Assembly (NCBI GenBank): GCA_035250975.1
Contig: DATFEP010000083.1
Location: 1 to 59,675, forward strand
Length of the DNA: 59,675 nucleotides
Reading direction: 5' to 3'
Origin: Nitrososphaeraceae archaeon
Lineage (GTDB): Archaea; Thermoproteota; Nitrososphaeria; Nitrososphaerales; Nitrososphaeraceae
The notes beneath the pieces were generated by a model. The model saw only the letters and a program-made list of their open reading frames with translations, did not search any database and had not been told where the DNA came from. The translations under genes were made by a program, and so were the position numbers. Shown here one piece after another: positions 30,210-41,522 of the stretch; the first letter of the stretch is position 1; the number at the start of each line of letters is the position of its first letter.

Positions 30210-31231
30210 AATATAGAAAATTAGGAAGAAGTGGAATAAAAGTAAGTGAAATCGGATTTGGAGCATGGACTTTAGGTCTTGATTGGTGGGGTAAGAAGAT
30301 TGAAGATGAAGATGCTATAAGAATATTAAAAAGGGCTTATGATATTGGTGTTAATTTTTTTGAAACTGCAGATATGTACGGTAAGGGTAAAAGCGAAAAG
30401 ATAATTGGACAAGTATTTAAAGATATGCGAAATGAAGTAATTTATTCGACTAAGTGGGGTTATGATATGTATAGTCATCGACAAATTGGACATAATGAAA
30501 TTCCGCAAAAACATAATATTGATTTCTTGCAATTTGCATTAAAGGAAAGTATGTCAAGATTGCAGACAAATTATATTGATGTATATAGTCTGCACAATCC
30601 AAAAATAGATACAATCAAAAATGATCTTTTATTCAATATGTTGGATGATTTAGTCATTAAAGGAGATATTAAAAGTCATGGAGTAGCTTTAGGTCCGGCA
30701 ATAGGATGGGAAGAAGAAGGATTGTATGCTATGAAAAATAGAAATATTACTTGTCTCCAAACAGTTTACAACATCTTAGAACAAGATCCTGGTAGGTCTT
30801 TTTTAAATGCTGGTATAGATGCACAAAATAATAAGAAAAATATACAAGATAAAACATATGATGTAGGAATAATGGTTCGAGTTCCTGATGCATCAGGAGT
30901 ATTAACAGGTAAAGTAACTGAAGCGACCATCTTGAAGGAAAACGACCACCGAAGCTACAGAAAAAAAGAGTGGATTATCGAAGCAATGAAAAAAATTGAG
31001 AAGATGAGACCCATAGCTGGATCAAGGGGATGGACAATAACGCAATTAGCTATCAAATTTATTTTATCACAAGAACCTATTTCTGTTGTAATTCCCACAA
31101 TATTGGATATTGAAGAATTAGATTCATTTGCTGAAATGGCTGATGGAAAATACCTTAACAAATTTGAGTTGAATCAAATACAAGAATTATATGAAAATAA
31201 TTTTTATGTTAGTAGTATGATTCAAAATTAA
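30206..31231 (+). CDS. Aldo/keto reductase
   Basis: LGRSGIKVSEIGFG, FETADMYG.G.SE and YIDVYSLHNP. Confidence 0.92.
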   Translation: MKYRKLGRSGIKVSEIGFGAWTLGLDWWGKKIEDEDAIRILKRAYDIGVNFFETADMYGKGKSEKIIGQVFKDMRNEVIYSTKWGYDMYSHRQIGHNEIPQKHNIDFLQFALKESMSRLQTNYIDVYSLHNPKIDTIKNDLLFNMLDDLVIKGDIKSHGVALGPAIGWEEEGLYAMKNRNITCLQTVYNILEQDPGRSFLNAGIDAQNNKKNIQDKTYDVGIMVRVPDASGVLTGKVTEATILKENDHRSYRKKEWIIEAMKKIEKMRPIAGSRGWTITQLAIKFILSQEPISVVIPTILDIEELDSFAEMADGKYLNKFELNQIQELYENNFYVSSMIQN

Positions 31232-31710
31232 ATAAAAATCTATAATTATATTTCTTTTATTTGGAGATATCTTCAATGATTATTTGATAAGGAATAGATT
31301 AGCATTGAATTTTCCTTATGTGTGAGCTATTATGAATAACATAATTTTTTAAAAAACATCAAACTGGACGTAGGATTCGGTCTTTTGAGTCAATATCATT
31401 TTTCTACGATTTTAACTGTCGTCGAAGAATATTGCAATTCTTCTTCAGATTCATGTTCAATTAAAAAATCATTGTGACTGCTTTTTACAACAGGACTTTT
31501 TTACATTTTGTTATGATGAAATTTGCATCATTTAACTGTTTTTCAGAACAACATTTTTGGCAATCTCATGTTCTAGAGGAATTATATTCATGATTTCTTT
31601 TTGATCATCATTGACGTTTAATCTGCTGATTTTAATTTATAACTATTTTTCATTTATAATCCTGTTTATATTTTAGCATAGATAAAAATAATTAAATACA
31701 ATCGGAAATT

Positions 31711-33780
31711 TTATGCCTTAGCATAATATCCTGATTTTCGTTCATATATCTGTCCATTTTGCATAGCTTTATTGATAAAATTCTTTGCATCGTCTTCTGA
31801 AAATCTTCCTGTCTGTGTAAGTTCCTGAATAAAGTTTTTTTCTTCTACGTCATTCTTATCCTGTCCAGATAAAGCATTAAAAATTTCCATAAATAATTTC
31901 AATTTTGATATTTCACTTTGAGGTTTGCCATGTAAAACACCTAGATCTACTTTACCAGTATTAACATCCACTCCTGCAGTTTCTAACATAGTCTGTATCA
32001 AATAAATTGCTCGTTCTGCATCTTCTGAATCTACATAATCTTTTAATAATAATTTAGATCGTGCAGTTGCAAGTCTTACTAATCCTTCAAGCTGTCTTGG
32101 AGTGACGGTTATCATACCCTCAGATTCTACATTTCTCATCTTCATGTAATAATCTCTTATCTTATCAATTGCTTCCACCGTTAATTTTGGTTCCATATTT
32201 TTTGAATAAGCAAGATATTTGCTAAAGATATCTGTATCAATCACGGATTGACTATTTCTTTCTGTGTCTCTATGTATTTCTAGAATATGACTAGCAATCA
32301 GATTATCTTTTTCCCTTTCCGGCGTATCTCGTATCACATAAACGATATCAAATCGTGTCAGGAGTGGAATCGGTAAATTTACATTTTCTGTAATATTTTT
32401 GAACGGATCATATTTTCCATACAATGGATTGGCAGCTGCTAAAATCGAGGTTCTTGCATTTAGTGTTGCAACTATTCCTCCCTTTGCAACCGAACAAGTC
32501 TGCTGTTCCATAACTTCATGAAGAGCTGAACGATCTTCAGGTTTTATTTTATCAAATTCATCTATGCACACTAATCCTTGATCCCCCAATACAACAGCTC
32601 CTGCTTCTAACATCATGATGCCAGATTTATCTCTAAGAACTGCAGCTGTCAGACCAGCAGCTGTTGTACCTCTCCCCGAAGTGTAAAGTCCACGCGGAGC
32701 TATTTTAGCTGCAAATTTCAACATTTCAGATTTTGCTGTTCCAGGATCTCCGACTAAAAGAACGTTGATATCGCCCCTTCTTGCGGATCCGTCATCTAAT
32801 ATTTTCGTTACTGATCCAACAATTAATAACAAGATCACTTCCTTAATCACTTCATGACCGTAAATATGTGGAGCATAAGATGATATTAAGATATCATAAG
32901 AATTACTTTTCTTTGCGAGTGCAAAAATACGTTTCTCATCTTCATTACTTATTTCTATTCGTTCCATCGTTCTGTTATCTTTATCTCCAGCTCTACCTCC
33001 AAGATACTCTATATTATTACCTTCCATTCTGAGTTTAAAGAGACTTGTCTTTACATGTTGAGATAATTGTTCTTGCTCTATTCTTACAATTCCAGTGAGT
33101 AGAATTCTATCGCCGGGTCTACATTGATCTACCAAGTCACCAATAACAGTAACTTCAAGATAATGTGGTAGATGACCTGCAGGAAGGTCTTCTGGTAGTT
33201 CCTGTAATCTTACCATTTGGAAATCAATAAAAATACTAGTATCTGGATCCATTTCCAATTCCTTTTCTGAACATTGTTTGCACTTTAATGGTTTTTTTAA
33301 TACTAAGCTTTTTAGTTGTGCGTCATTTATTTCACCACAATTAAGACATCTATAACCAATTTTTTTTGCTAGTGGTTTAACTTCAGACGTTCTTACTACC
33401 ATACCAGAAACCGCAATTAGCTTATTAATTGCTTCTGCATTTATTTCTCGTAACCCTTTTTGTACTGTATAATTTCCTATTCTAACTTTAATGTTATTCG
33501 ATATTTCTTCTGCATAATCTGGATGAATTTCATAAAGTATAGAAAAAACTGCTTTGTTAAATGCTTCTAGCATCTCGTCTGGATCATCAGTAATCTTCTT
33601 TGCTAGATCAGGTTTGAATGTATCAAAATCAATGTAATCAACTAATAGAGAAGTGGAATTTGCTGCCATCATGTTATTAATTCTATCAAAATATTTGTAA
33701 TTCCCAGATCTATCTTTAAAGGCACGTAAAAATTCTTCTAAATCATTAACTATAGCAGATTCAGTTTTAAGCTCAGCCAA
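31711..33780 (-). CDS. mcm: Replicative helicase MCM
   Basis: GDPGTAKS, CIDEFDK, ILAAANP, TPRQLE and a zinc finger. No intein. Confidence 0.98.
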   Translation of the reverse strand: MAELKTESAIVNDLEEFLRAFKDRSGNYKYFDRINNMMAANSTSLLVDYIDFDTFKPDLAKKITDDPDEMLEAFNKAVFSILYEIHPDYAEEISNNIKVRIGNYTVQKGLREINAEAINKLIAVSGMVVRTSEVKPLAKKIGYRCLNCGEINDAQLKSLVLKKPLKCKQCSEKELEMDPDTSIFIDFQMVRLQELPEDLPAGHLPHYLEVTVIGDLVDQCRPGDRILLTGIVRIEQEQLSQHVKTSLFKLRMEGNNIEYLGGRAGDKDNRTMERIEISNEDEKRIFALAKKSNSYDILISSYAPHIYGHEVIKEVILLLIVGSVTKILDDGSARRGDINVLLVGDPGTAKSEMLKFAAKIAPRGLYTSGRGTTAAGLTAAVLRDKSGIMMLEAGAVVLGDQGLVCIDEFDKIKPEDRSALHEVMEQQTCSVAKGGIVATLNARTSILAAANPLYGKYDPFKNITENVNLPIPLLTRFDIVYVIRDTPEREKDNLIASHILEIHRDTERNSQSVIDTDIFSKYLAYSKNMEPKLTVEAIDKIRDYYMKMRNVESEGMITVTPRQLEGLVRLATARSKLLLKDYVDSEDAERAIYLIQTMLETAGVDVNTGKVDLGVLHGKPQSEISKLKLFMEIFNALSGQDKNDVEEKNFIQELTQTGRFSEDDAKNFINKAMQNGQIYERKSGYYAKA

Positions 33781-34351
33781 GTTTGTTCACCGCCAATTGT
33801 TTAAATGAATAAGAAGAATTATGAATGAAATTATACAGTTCTATTTCTTCCGCAGACAGCTTTCTTTCCAAGTCTGTTGTGAGAGATGACGCAGCAGCTA
33901 ATTTAACAATTTTCTCTATTCTTGAAGTTATAAAAGAATTGAGAGAAACTAATATAGATTCTTTTTCACTTTCCTTTAATCTTTTGATATAATCATTTAC
34001 TCGTATATAAAAATCGATATCTATTCCGGATAAATCATGAGGCTTTGAAATTCTTTCGCGATTTAAAGATCTAGAGATATATACTAAAACATCAATATCC
34101 TGAATTTCCACATTTCCATTAGCTTCCATAATATTCGCTAGCCATCTAGGAATAGAAGTAATTTCACCATCTTTTCCTTCAAGAGAAAGATTATCTAAAT
34201 TTATTGAGACGTTTTTTTTAAAGGTTATTCTGATTTCTTCCATGAGATATTTTGCATAATAGAATTTTTGGATAAATTCTATCCTGTCTTTGATATTGTC
34301 ATAATTATAGATATTATTAGCGTTATTATTTTCTGTCATTGTATGACTCAT
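33773..34351 (-). CDS. gins: GINS complex protein (Gins23-like)
   Basis: IPRWLA and RIEKIVKLA...LSAEE. Overlaps the mcm start. Confidence 0.8.
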   Translation of the reverse strand: MSHTMTENNNANNIYNYDNIKDRIEFIQKFYYAKYLMEEIRITFKKNVSINLDNLSLEGKDGEITSIPRWLANIMEANGNVEIQDIDVLVYISRSLNRERISKPHDLSGIDIDFYIRVNDYIKRLKESEKESILVSLNSFITSRIEKIVKLAAASSLTTDLERKLSAEEIELYNFIHNSSYSFKQLAVNKLG

Positions 34352-34523
34352 CTGTTTTTATATGAAGACCATAATATTAAATCAACTTAGACTAACTATT
34401 TTTATTAACAAAACAATTTGGTTGAAATGATTACCAATATATGATATTTTTAGAACTATATAATCGGCCTTATAGAAGATAAGAAGATATTAATAAACTT
34501 ATTAAATTTATATACTCTTTAGA

Positions 34524-35552
34524 ATGCCTCCAAATACCAATGATACTAACATATCCGACTTAATGTGGGTAGAGAAATACCGGCCTAAAAAAATTGAACA
34601 GATAGTTAATCAAAAAGATATTATCAGATCTCTAAAAAATTTGATTAAAAAACCAGATGAGATACCACACTTGTTGTTTGCTGGTGCTGCAGGTATTGGG
34701 AAAACTACTACAGCTTTATGTTTATCAAAGGAATTATTGGGAGAGGGATGGAGAAGAGATGTTCTTGAGCTAAATGCTTCAGATGAAAGAGGTATAAAGA
34801 TGGTTCGAGAACGTGTTAAGGAATTTGCTGCGGTAATCAAACTTCCGAGTGGAAAAGATTTGAAAGATCCTAGTAATAAAAATGACAGACAATATAGAAT
34901 CATAATTCTTGACGAAGCAGATGAAATGACATCAGAAGCACAGACAGCATTAAGAAGGATAATTGAGGATAGCTCTAAAACAACAAGGTTTATTATAATA
35001 TGTAATTATCTCTCACAAATAATTGAGCCTATTCAAAGTAGATGCGCAGTATTTCATTTTACTAAATTGGGGGAAAAAGAAATAGTAGAACATTTAAAGA
35101 AGATTTGTGATAGTGAAGCAGTAGAATACAAGGATCAAGCTTTATTAAAGATTTATAACTACACAGAAGGGGATTTGAGACATTCTATTAATATACTTCA
35201 GACAGCATCAGGATTTGGTGAAATCAATCTTTCGAATGTTAATGCAGCTATGGGATTATCAGGAAGATCAAAAATTGGTCAAGTGATAAAATTGTCTCTA
35301 GACGGTAAATTCGATGATGCAAGAATCAAGCTATTGGAATTATTATTTGTCTATGGATTATCGGCTGCAGATTTTTTCAAGTATTCTTATCAAGAAATAA
35401 AAGATATGAAACTTGAAAACATTGAAGAAATAATGTCGATAATGGCTGAATATGATTACAGATTATCGGTTGGAGCTCATTCAGAAATTCAACTAACTGC
35501 ATTTCTTGCTCAATTAGCTAGAATAGGTTCTAACAATAAGTCAAAAAAATGA
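34524..35552 (+). CDS. rfcS: Replication factor C small subunit
   Basis: WVEKYRP, ELNASDERG, IILDEAD and IQSRC. Confidence 0.97.
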   Translation: MPPNTNDTNISDLMWVEKYRPKKIEQIVNQKDIIRSLKNLIKKPDEIPHLLFAGAAGIGKTTTALCLSKELLGEGWRRDVLELNASDERGIKMVRERVKEFAAVIKLPSGKDLKDPSNKNDRQYRIIILDEADEMTSEAQTALRRIIEDSSKTTRFIIICNYLSQIIEPIQSRCAVFHFTKLGEKEIVEHLKKICDSEAVEYKDQALLKIYNYTEGDLRHSINILQTASGFGEINLSNVNAAMGLSGRSKIGQVIKLSLDGKFDDARIKLLELLFVYGLSAADFFKYSYQEIKDMKLENIEEIMSIMAEYDYRLSVGAHSEIQLTAFLAQLARIGSNNKSKK

Positions 35553-35603
35553 AATGTCAACGAGAGTATTTTATTATATTAATTTAATAAATATATTAAA
35601 AGT

Positions 35604-36338
35604 ATGTCTTTTATGTTAAACAGATCGGATATATCTTCACAGTCTGTAGTTTGTATTGTTAGCGGTGGTTTGGATTCTATCTGTACTTCTGCTTATCTGA
35701 GAAAACAAAATTTTAACTTGTATATGGTAACGTTTAGTTATGGTCAGAGGGCCATACATGAGATAGAATGTGCTAAGAAATTTTCAGATTATCTGAATTT
35801 TAAAGAACACAAGATTGTTGATATATCGTTTATGAAAGAAATTTATGGAGAAACAAATGTTTTAACTGACAAACAACAGAATATTCCAGAAAATTTTGAT
35901 TATAAAATAGTTGTACCTCTAAGAAATGGGATATTTATCACTATTGCTACTGCATGGGCTATGAGTATTGGAGCGAAAATAGTTGTTTACGGGGCACATA
36001 GTGATGATCATAATTATCCAGATTGTAGACCGGAATTTGCTTTATCTCTTAGTAAGGCTTTAAACTTAGGAGAGAGTGATGGGATTGCTCTGGGATTCCG
36101 TAATAAGGTTGAAATTTGGTCTCCAGCTGTTGATAGAATAGATAAATCAAATCTGATAAAAATGGGGTATGAATATTTAGGAGATAAAATTTTTGAGACA
36201 TGGAGTTGTTATTCAGATGGTATCAACATCGGAGAAAGAAGAATACATTGTGGAATTTGTGAATCGTGTATAAATAGAAGAATAGCTTTTAAAAATTCCA
36301 ATATACGTGACAAAACAGAATATGCTTACAAAAGATAA
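35604..36338 (+). CDS. queC: 7-cyano-7-deazaguanine synthase
   Basis: SGGLDS, YGQR, VPLRN, YPDCRPEF and WSCY...HCGICESC..R. Confidence 0.95.
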   Translation: MSFMLNRSDISSQSVVCIVSGGLDSICTSAYLRKQNFNLYMVTFSYGQRAIHEIECAKKFSDYLNFKEHKIVDISFMKEIYGETNVLTDKQQNIPENFDYKIVVPLRNGIFITIATAWAMSIGAKIVVYGAHSDDHNYPDCRPEFALSLSKALNLGESDGIALGFRNKVEIWSPAVDRIDKSNLIKMGYEYLGDKIFETWSCYSDGINIGERRIHCGICESCINRRIAFKNSNIRDKTEYAYKR

Positions 36339-37053
36339 AAAAGTGCAGCTTAGTGAAATATTTACAAGTATTGAAGGCGAAGGAATTTTCTTCGGTACAA
36401 AGACCATGTTCGTTAGAATGGCAGGTTGTCATTTGAGATGTTACTGGTGTGATACTGGCTATGCTTTACCATTGACTAGTGGAAATACTTATCATATTGA
36501 TGAGGTAAAAAAAATGATCAAGGAGAATTTAAAAGAAAACACATACAAAATTAATTTTACTGGCGGAGAACCTCTAATTCAATATAGAGCAGTAAAGGAT
36601 TTAGCGAGATTCATCAAAGAAGAGATCGGTTTAAGAACATATATAGAATCTTCTTGTTATGATTTTAATAGATTTAACGAGATTCTTCCCTATTTTGATA
36701 TTTGTAAGATTGAATTTAAAATGAAGGATTCAATGGTGGTTGAACCTGAACATTATTATAATCTTCTAGAAAATGAATTAGAATGTTTAAAGATAGCCAT
36801 TAAAAATAATAAAATTACTTATATCAAAATTGTGGTTTCAAATAATACAGATATTAATGAATTCAAGAATTTGATAGAAACCATTTTCAGTATCATACAT
36901 GCGGAGAGCTTAGCAGGATTTATAATACAGCCTACTACTAAGATAGATGAACCAACTGTGGATAATCTGTTGAAATTTTACGATCTGATTTATCCAAGAT
37001 ATAATGATGTTAGGGTTATTCCTCAGTTACACAAAGTAATAGGAGCAAGTTAA
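36322..37053 (+). CDS. queE: 7-carboxy-7-deazaguanine synthase (radical SAM)
   Basis: EIFTSIEGEG, CHLRCYWCDT, TGGEP and PQLHK. Confidence 0.93.
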   Translation: MLTKDKKVQLSEIFTSIEGEGIFFGTKTMFVRMAGCHLRCYWCDTGYALPLTSGNTYHIDEVKKMIKENLKENTYKINFTGGEPLIQYRAVKDLARFIKEEIGLRTYIESSCYDFNRFNEILPYFDICKIEFKMKDSMVVEPEHYYNLLENELECLKIAIKNNKITYIKIVVSNNTDINEFKNLIETIFSIIHAESLAGFIIQPTTKIDEPTVDNLLKFYDLIYPRYNDVRVIPQLHKVIGAS

Positions 37054-37060
37054 ATAAAGA

Positions 37061-37669
37061 ATGTCCAATAAAAGGATACAAAAAACTGGGATACAAAAAA
37101 CTGGTTTTATGAACAAAAATAAAATTGAAAAGATAATACGACAATTGCTTATAGAATTAGGAGAAAATCCCAATAGAGAAGGATTGATTGAGACGCCTAG
37201 GCGTATTGCAGGTATGTATGAAGAGATTTTTTGTGGATATGGAATGAGTTCAGAGCTTGATGTAAGCTTCAGTGAAGAAACTAATGCTATAATTGCAAGA
37301 GATATACAATTCTATAGTATGTGTGAACATCACATGCTTCCATTTTACGGAAAAATTCACATAGCATATATTCCAAATGGAAAGGTATTTGGTATATCAA
37401 AACTTGTCAGACTGACTGAAAAGTATTCTAGAAGAATGCAAATACAAGAAAGATTGACTAAGGAGATTGCTGATGAAATAGCCAAAAGAGATGTATCTGG
37501 TGTACTAGTAATAATTGAAGGGGAACATCTTTGTATGAAAATGAGGGGAGTTAGAAATAATAGTTCAATACTAACAGTTGCATATAGGGGCGTATTTGAA
37601 GAGAAAGATCTTAGAGAAAACGTACTTTCCTTGATCTATACAAGGCAAAATAATATAAGAAATATATAA
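37061..37669 (+). CDS. folE: GTP cyclohydrolase I
   Basis: GL.ETP.R, SMCEHHMLPF, QIQERLT and HLCMKMRGV. The N-terminus has a short IQKTG duplication. Confidence 0.95.
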   Translation: MSNKRIQKTGIQKTGFMNKNKIEKIIRQLLIELGENPNREGLIETPRRIAGMYEEIFCGYGMSSELDVSFSEETNAIIARDIQFYSMCEHHMLPFYGKIHIAYIPNGKVFGISKLVRLTEKYSRRMQIQERLTKEIADEIAKRDVSGVLVIIEGEHLCMKMRGVRNNSSILTVAYRGVFEEKDLRENVLSLIYTRQNNIRNI

Positions 37670-37793
37670 AAAATATCGAGTTTATGCATATTTAATGATT
37701 TTTGATTATGAAAAATAGAGAGAGCAGTAATTATTATATAATTCTTATAATGAGAAGGCTTATAATAAAGTAAATTTTTTATAGGTAAGAAGA

Positions 37794-38063
37794 ATGGCAG
37801 AAGCGATCTTTAGAGTCCAGTCTCATAAGTTCACTCAAGACAACATTCAAGGAACATTAGTTTGTTCAAAATGCGATGAAGTATTCTCTAAGGAATTTTT
37901 ACTGGATCTTGAGGGACAAACTACAGAATTTAAGTGTCCAGTTTGTGGAGTTACCGGTGAGGCTGATCTACCTTTTAAGACTGCTGAAGAGAGGGAAGAA
38001 TTTGATGAAGATTTGGATGAAATTGAAGAAGAGAATGGTGATGAATTTGATGAAGAATATTAA
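37794..38063 (+). CDS. Small zinc-ribbon protein with acidic tail
   Basis: CSKC...CPVC and an E/D-rich C-terminus. Confidence 0.75.
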   Translation: MAEAIFRVQSHKFTQDNIQGTLVCSKCDEVFSKEFLLDLEGQTTEFKCPVCGVTGEADLPFKTAEEREEFDEDLDEIEEENGDEFDEEY

Positions 38064-38310
38064 AGAAAACACATTTAATAAATAAATTTTTTATCATCAC
38101 GAACTATTTTGATAAAAATAATAAACTACTAAATTAATTTACTTATTATGATTGAATGTCAAAAATGTGGAAGGGTCAAATTTTATTCTTTTAATTTTAT
38201 CTTCTCGAAATTTATTTGTAATGAATGTTATTTAATAATCAAAGAAAAAGAGGATCAAGTAAAATGAAGTAAAGCATTTCTCAGAACATGTATATAACAA
38301 ATACGGGTCG

Positions 38311-38775
38311 TTATTGTTTTGAACCACATTTTATACAAAATTTAGAATTATATTTGAGTTTAATACCACATTCAATACAAAATTTTAGTTCTTGATTCTT
38401 GGAGTTTGATAGAAAATTAGAATCAGCTGTACCAGTTTTTTTTAGAAAATGATCATCAGTATATTTATTCTCGGAAGATGATGAATCTGTTCTGTTAAAC
38501 ATATCACTAATTGCTCCTGTTGGTCGAAAACTTTCATCCACATCAGGTAACAAATTGGTATAAATACTATTATCATTGATTGATTCATTATCCTCTGGAA
38601 TATCCTTTTTAGTTTCTAAAAAGAGCATTAATCTTGGTACTTGTTCCCCCTGAAATTCTATAATTTCGGATAACCAATAAGCAAACTTTTTTAATGTCAT
38701 TTCTGGAGTAGAAAAAGTTAAAGTATGTGTAGACATATATTCTTCTGCTGCGGATTTACCATTAAATAGTTTCAT
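38311..38775 (-). CDS. Zinc-ribbon domain protein
   Basis: C-terminal FCIECG...KFCIKCGSKQ. Confidence 0.8.
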   Translation of the reverse strand: MKLFNGKSAAEEYMSTHTLTFSTPEMTLKKFAYWLSEIIEFQGEQVPRLMLFLETKKDIPEDNESINDNSIYTNLLPDVDESFRPTGAISDMFNRTDSSSSENKYTDDHFLKKTGTADSNFLSNSKNQELKFCIECGIKLKYNSKFCIKCGSKQ

Positions 38776-38808
38776 GATTATTAAATAAATATCACTGGTT
38801 GTTTTTAA

Positions 38809-39342
38809 TTATTGCGAATTACCGCATTTACTGCAAAATTTTGCTTTGGTTGGAATAGATATTCCACATACAATACAATTTTTGATTTTTTTATCATCTG
38901 CAATACCAGGTGGAATAGATTTTGCATCTGTAGGACTGGATCTTTCAAGTTCACTATCTGCTGGACGAAGACTAGGTCCTATTGTAGAAATTGTGTTTCC
39001 TCCTACCTGACCTCCACCGCTAACAAATCCTCCGATTCCGAAATCGGTTGAACCTCCTTTAGATGAGGGATCAACAAATCCTCCAGTTGAACTCTTTAAT
39101 GAAGAGCCCTTATCAAATGCTGATTTTAGTTCTAGTATAACTTTAACAGCTAAAAAATTCAAGGCCGAGCTTGCAATTAGATACTTGCCGATGCTTGCAA
39201 AATATTCTTTATCATTAATTTTACCTTGTTTGAATCGTTGAGTAGAATCAAGTAAAGATTCATATTGATTTTGAGTATCATCAATTAATTGTTTTAATTT
39301 TTCAGTTAATCCTCCCAGAGTATCTACACCAAAAGTTGCCAT
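38809..39342 (-). CDS. Zinc-ribbon domain protein
   Basis: Helical N-terminus, Gly-rich linker and C-terminal CIVCG...KFCSKCGNSQ. Confidence 0.8.
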   Translation of the reverse strand: MATFGVDTLGGLTEKLKQLIDDTQNQYESLLDSTQRFKQGKINDKEYFASIGKYLIASSALNFLAVKVILELKSAFDKGSSLKSSTGGFVDPSSKGGSTDFGIGGFVSGGGQVGGNTISTIGPSLRPADSELERSSPTDAKSIPPGIADDKKIKNCIVCGISIPTKAKFCSKCGNSQ

Positions 39343-39806
39343 AAATAGAAGATGGATAGATTGGGTTTAATAAAGTTTGGATGAAAATTTTAAAGTTATT
39401 TGTTGTTGTTATTAATTTGAATAACTTTATTACATGATATATTTTTGGTTATGTAAGAATATGGTGAAAACATAATATATTCTAGAATATATTCATAGTC
39501 AGTTGGTTTTTAACACTTTGGTGGTAATCATTAGAATTCTTTATTCTAATAGATTCTTTTCAACATATCCTTCTGGTATATAGAATCTAGTTGATTACAA
39601 CAGATCAATTATTTATAAATTGAATAATGTAATAAAGTCAAACGTATTGTGAACAACAAATATCAACAACAAAACAGAGATTATAGAGACAGTATATATT
39701 ATCTTAATAAATATAAAATTCATGAAAAAAACTTCATGTTATGTAGGATTTTCTTTTTAATTGAGAAAAAGGATTATGATTATTCAATTAGAAATATTTT
39801 ACGGAG

Positions 39807-40235
39807 TTGATTAATAAAATATATCCATATAGATCTTCAATTTCAAAATATTTCAAGATTTTGGATTTAATTATTATAGGCTTAGTAATTTTTATTTTCC
39901 TTGGTTTTCTTGCATATGATTACAAATTTTTCGGTTTCAATGAACCAATAATAAATATTCCACATAATTTAAAATACTATTTTGATTCATTGCTTTGGAT
40001 CTTATTCATAGTTTTAGCATTAGATTTATATTTGAAATATAAAGTTACTAAAAATTGGAAAGTTTTCATTAAAAAATATTGGATAGATATTACTATGACT
40101 ATATTGATACCAATTCTTTATCCTTTTAAATTTATGAAAGTCTCTATTAAAACTTACAAAATGATAAAAACAGGAAAATATACGATCAAAATAGCCCAAA
40201 AAATTAAAAAGATTAAATATTTTTTTAAGAGATAA
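39807..40235 (+). CDS. Membrane protein resembling a stand-alone voltage-sensor (S1-S4) domain
   Basis: TM helices with ALDLYLKY and KYWIDI, followed by a Lys-periodic helix. Confidence 0.6.
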   Translation: MINKIYPYRSSISKYFKILDLIIIGLVIFIFLGFLAYDYKFFGFNEPIINIPHNLKYYFDSLLWILFIVLALDLYLKYKVTKNWKVFIKKYWIDITMTILIPILYPFKFMKVSIKTYKMIKTGKYTIKIAQKIKKIKYFFKR

Positions 40236-40855
40236 GATTGCACATGAATTTAAAAGTGATATATATTTATGCATTCAAGTTTTGCTAAATCTCTCCATAA
40301 AATTAGTAATTCTGATTTGAGCTCAAATTATATTTGATAGTTTATGAAAAATGTGGCTATTTGACTATCAAATGGGAAAGATGATATTTTATTGATATTA
40401 TTAAAATTATATCTTTCTAATTACTGATTTCTTTGGGTATAGAATATAATAGTTGTTTCAATAATTGCTACAAGTGATGGTATGATTTTATATTTATCTG
40501 ATTTCTCTTTTTATTAATTATTTATCTTCTAAAATTGACATAATGATAAATATCCCTCTATTTGTAACATAAATAACATGGAAATATAATTATTGAAGGA
40601 TTAGAACTACATCAAGGAGAAACATTTAAAAAATTCCAAATAATCCAAAAATTTAATCCATATCATCTGGAAATTAGATCGAAAGCAGATAGTGTCAGCT
40701 CACCTCATACATTCCAACGTAAAAAAAATAGTAGTAGAGAAATAAAAAACTAATTTTGTTGTACATTCAAAATAATGCATAATTACATTGTTCTCATAAA
40801 TTTAAGTGAACCATGATTTAAATTTCTTACAATATTGTGGTTATCTGATCTGTTA

Positions 40856-41140
40856 TTATGTTGCCTTTTCTATCTCGTTACAAAAAAAATAACATACCGT
40901 ATAGTCATGATCACGATTATCAAATCTACTTATACAACAATCTGAAACTTCATAAGAATCATCATCTTTAACTTTTAATAATAGTTGATATTTTGGAATT
41001 TCTGATACAGAATCTTTGATTTTCATAGTTATTTCCTTTAATAGAGGATCTGATGATGAAATAAGAAAATGACCTTCATATCGAGCTGTGATTCCAGGAA
41101 AATAGAAAAGTTCCTGAACATCCAATACTCTATTTAACAT
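40856..41140 (-). CDS. Hypothetical protein
   Basis: 94-aa ATG ORF in an otherwise non-coding AT-rich stretch. Confidence 0.5.
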   Translation of the reverse strand: MLNRVLDVQELFYFPGITARYEGHFLISSSDPLLKEITMKIKDSVSEIPKYQLLLKVKDDDSYEVSDCCISRFDNRDHDYTVCYFFCNEIEKAT

Positions 41141-41522
41141 AAAAAAATGAGTGATCTTATATTATTTAAATTAAAGCTTTAAAATTGATATTTCAATAAT
41201 ATCTTTTTAAAAAATGAAGAATAACAATATAATATAAATTTAAGATTTAGTATTGGTAAAATTAATTATATGGCAAATTTATTATAAAATTTATATTATA
41301 CGTTTTGTCTTTTTAAATACATATCTTAATAAAATAATATTGTCATGAAAAGAACGATAAAAAATTTGGTTTACTATGATATTCTAATATTTGGTTATAG
41401 AAATTGTTTAGATTATTATATTAGATTAAGAAAAACATGAATAATTTTCTAGATTGTTTGTCAATACAAAAATTTTAAAAAGTATTAATAAATTCATTTG
41501 ATTTTTTCATTATTAAATAAAA

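Noticed and set aside
35604-37669. queC-queE-folE as a 7-deazaguanine DNA-modification (dpd) defence system linked to the island
   Set aside because: No dpdA/TGT-like gene is in the window and the cluster is embedded in core genes after rfcS. Archaeosine precursor synthesis is the simpler explanation.
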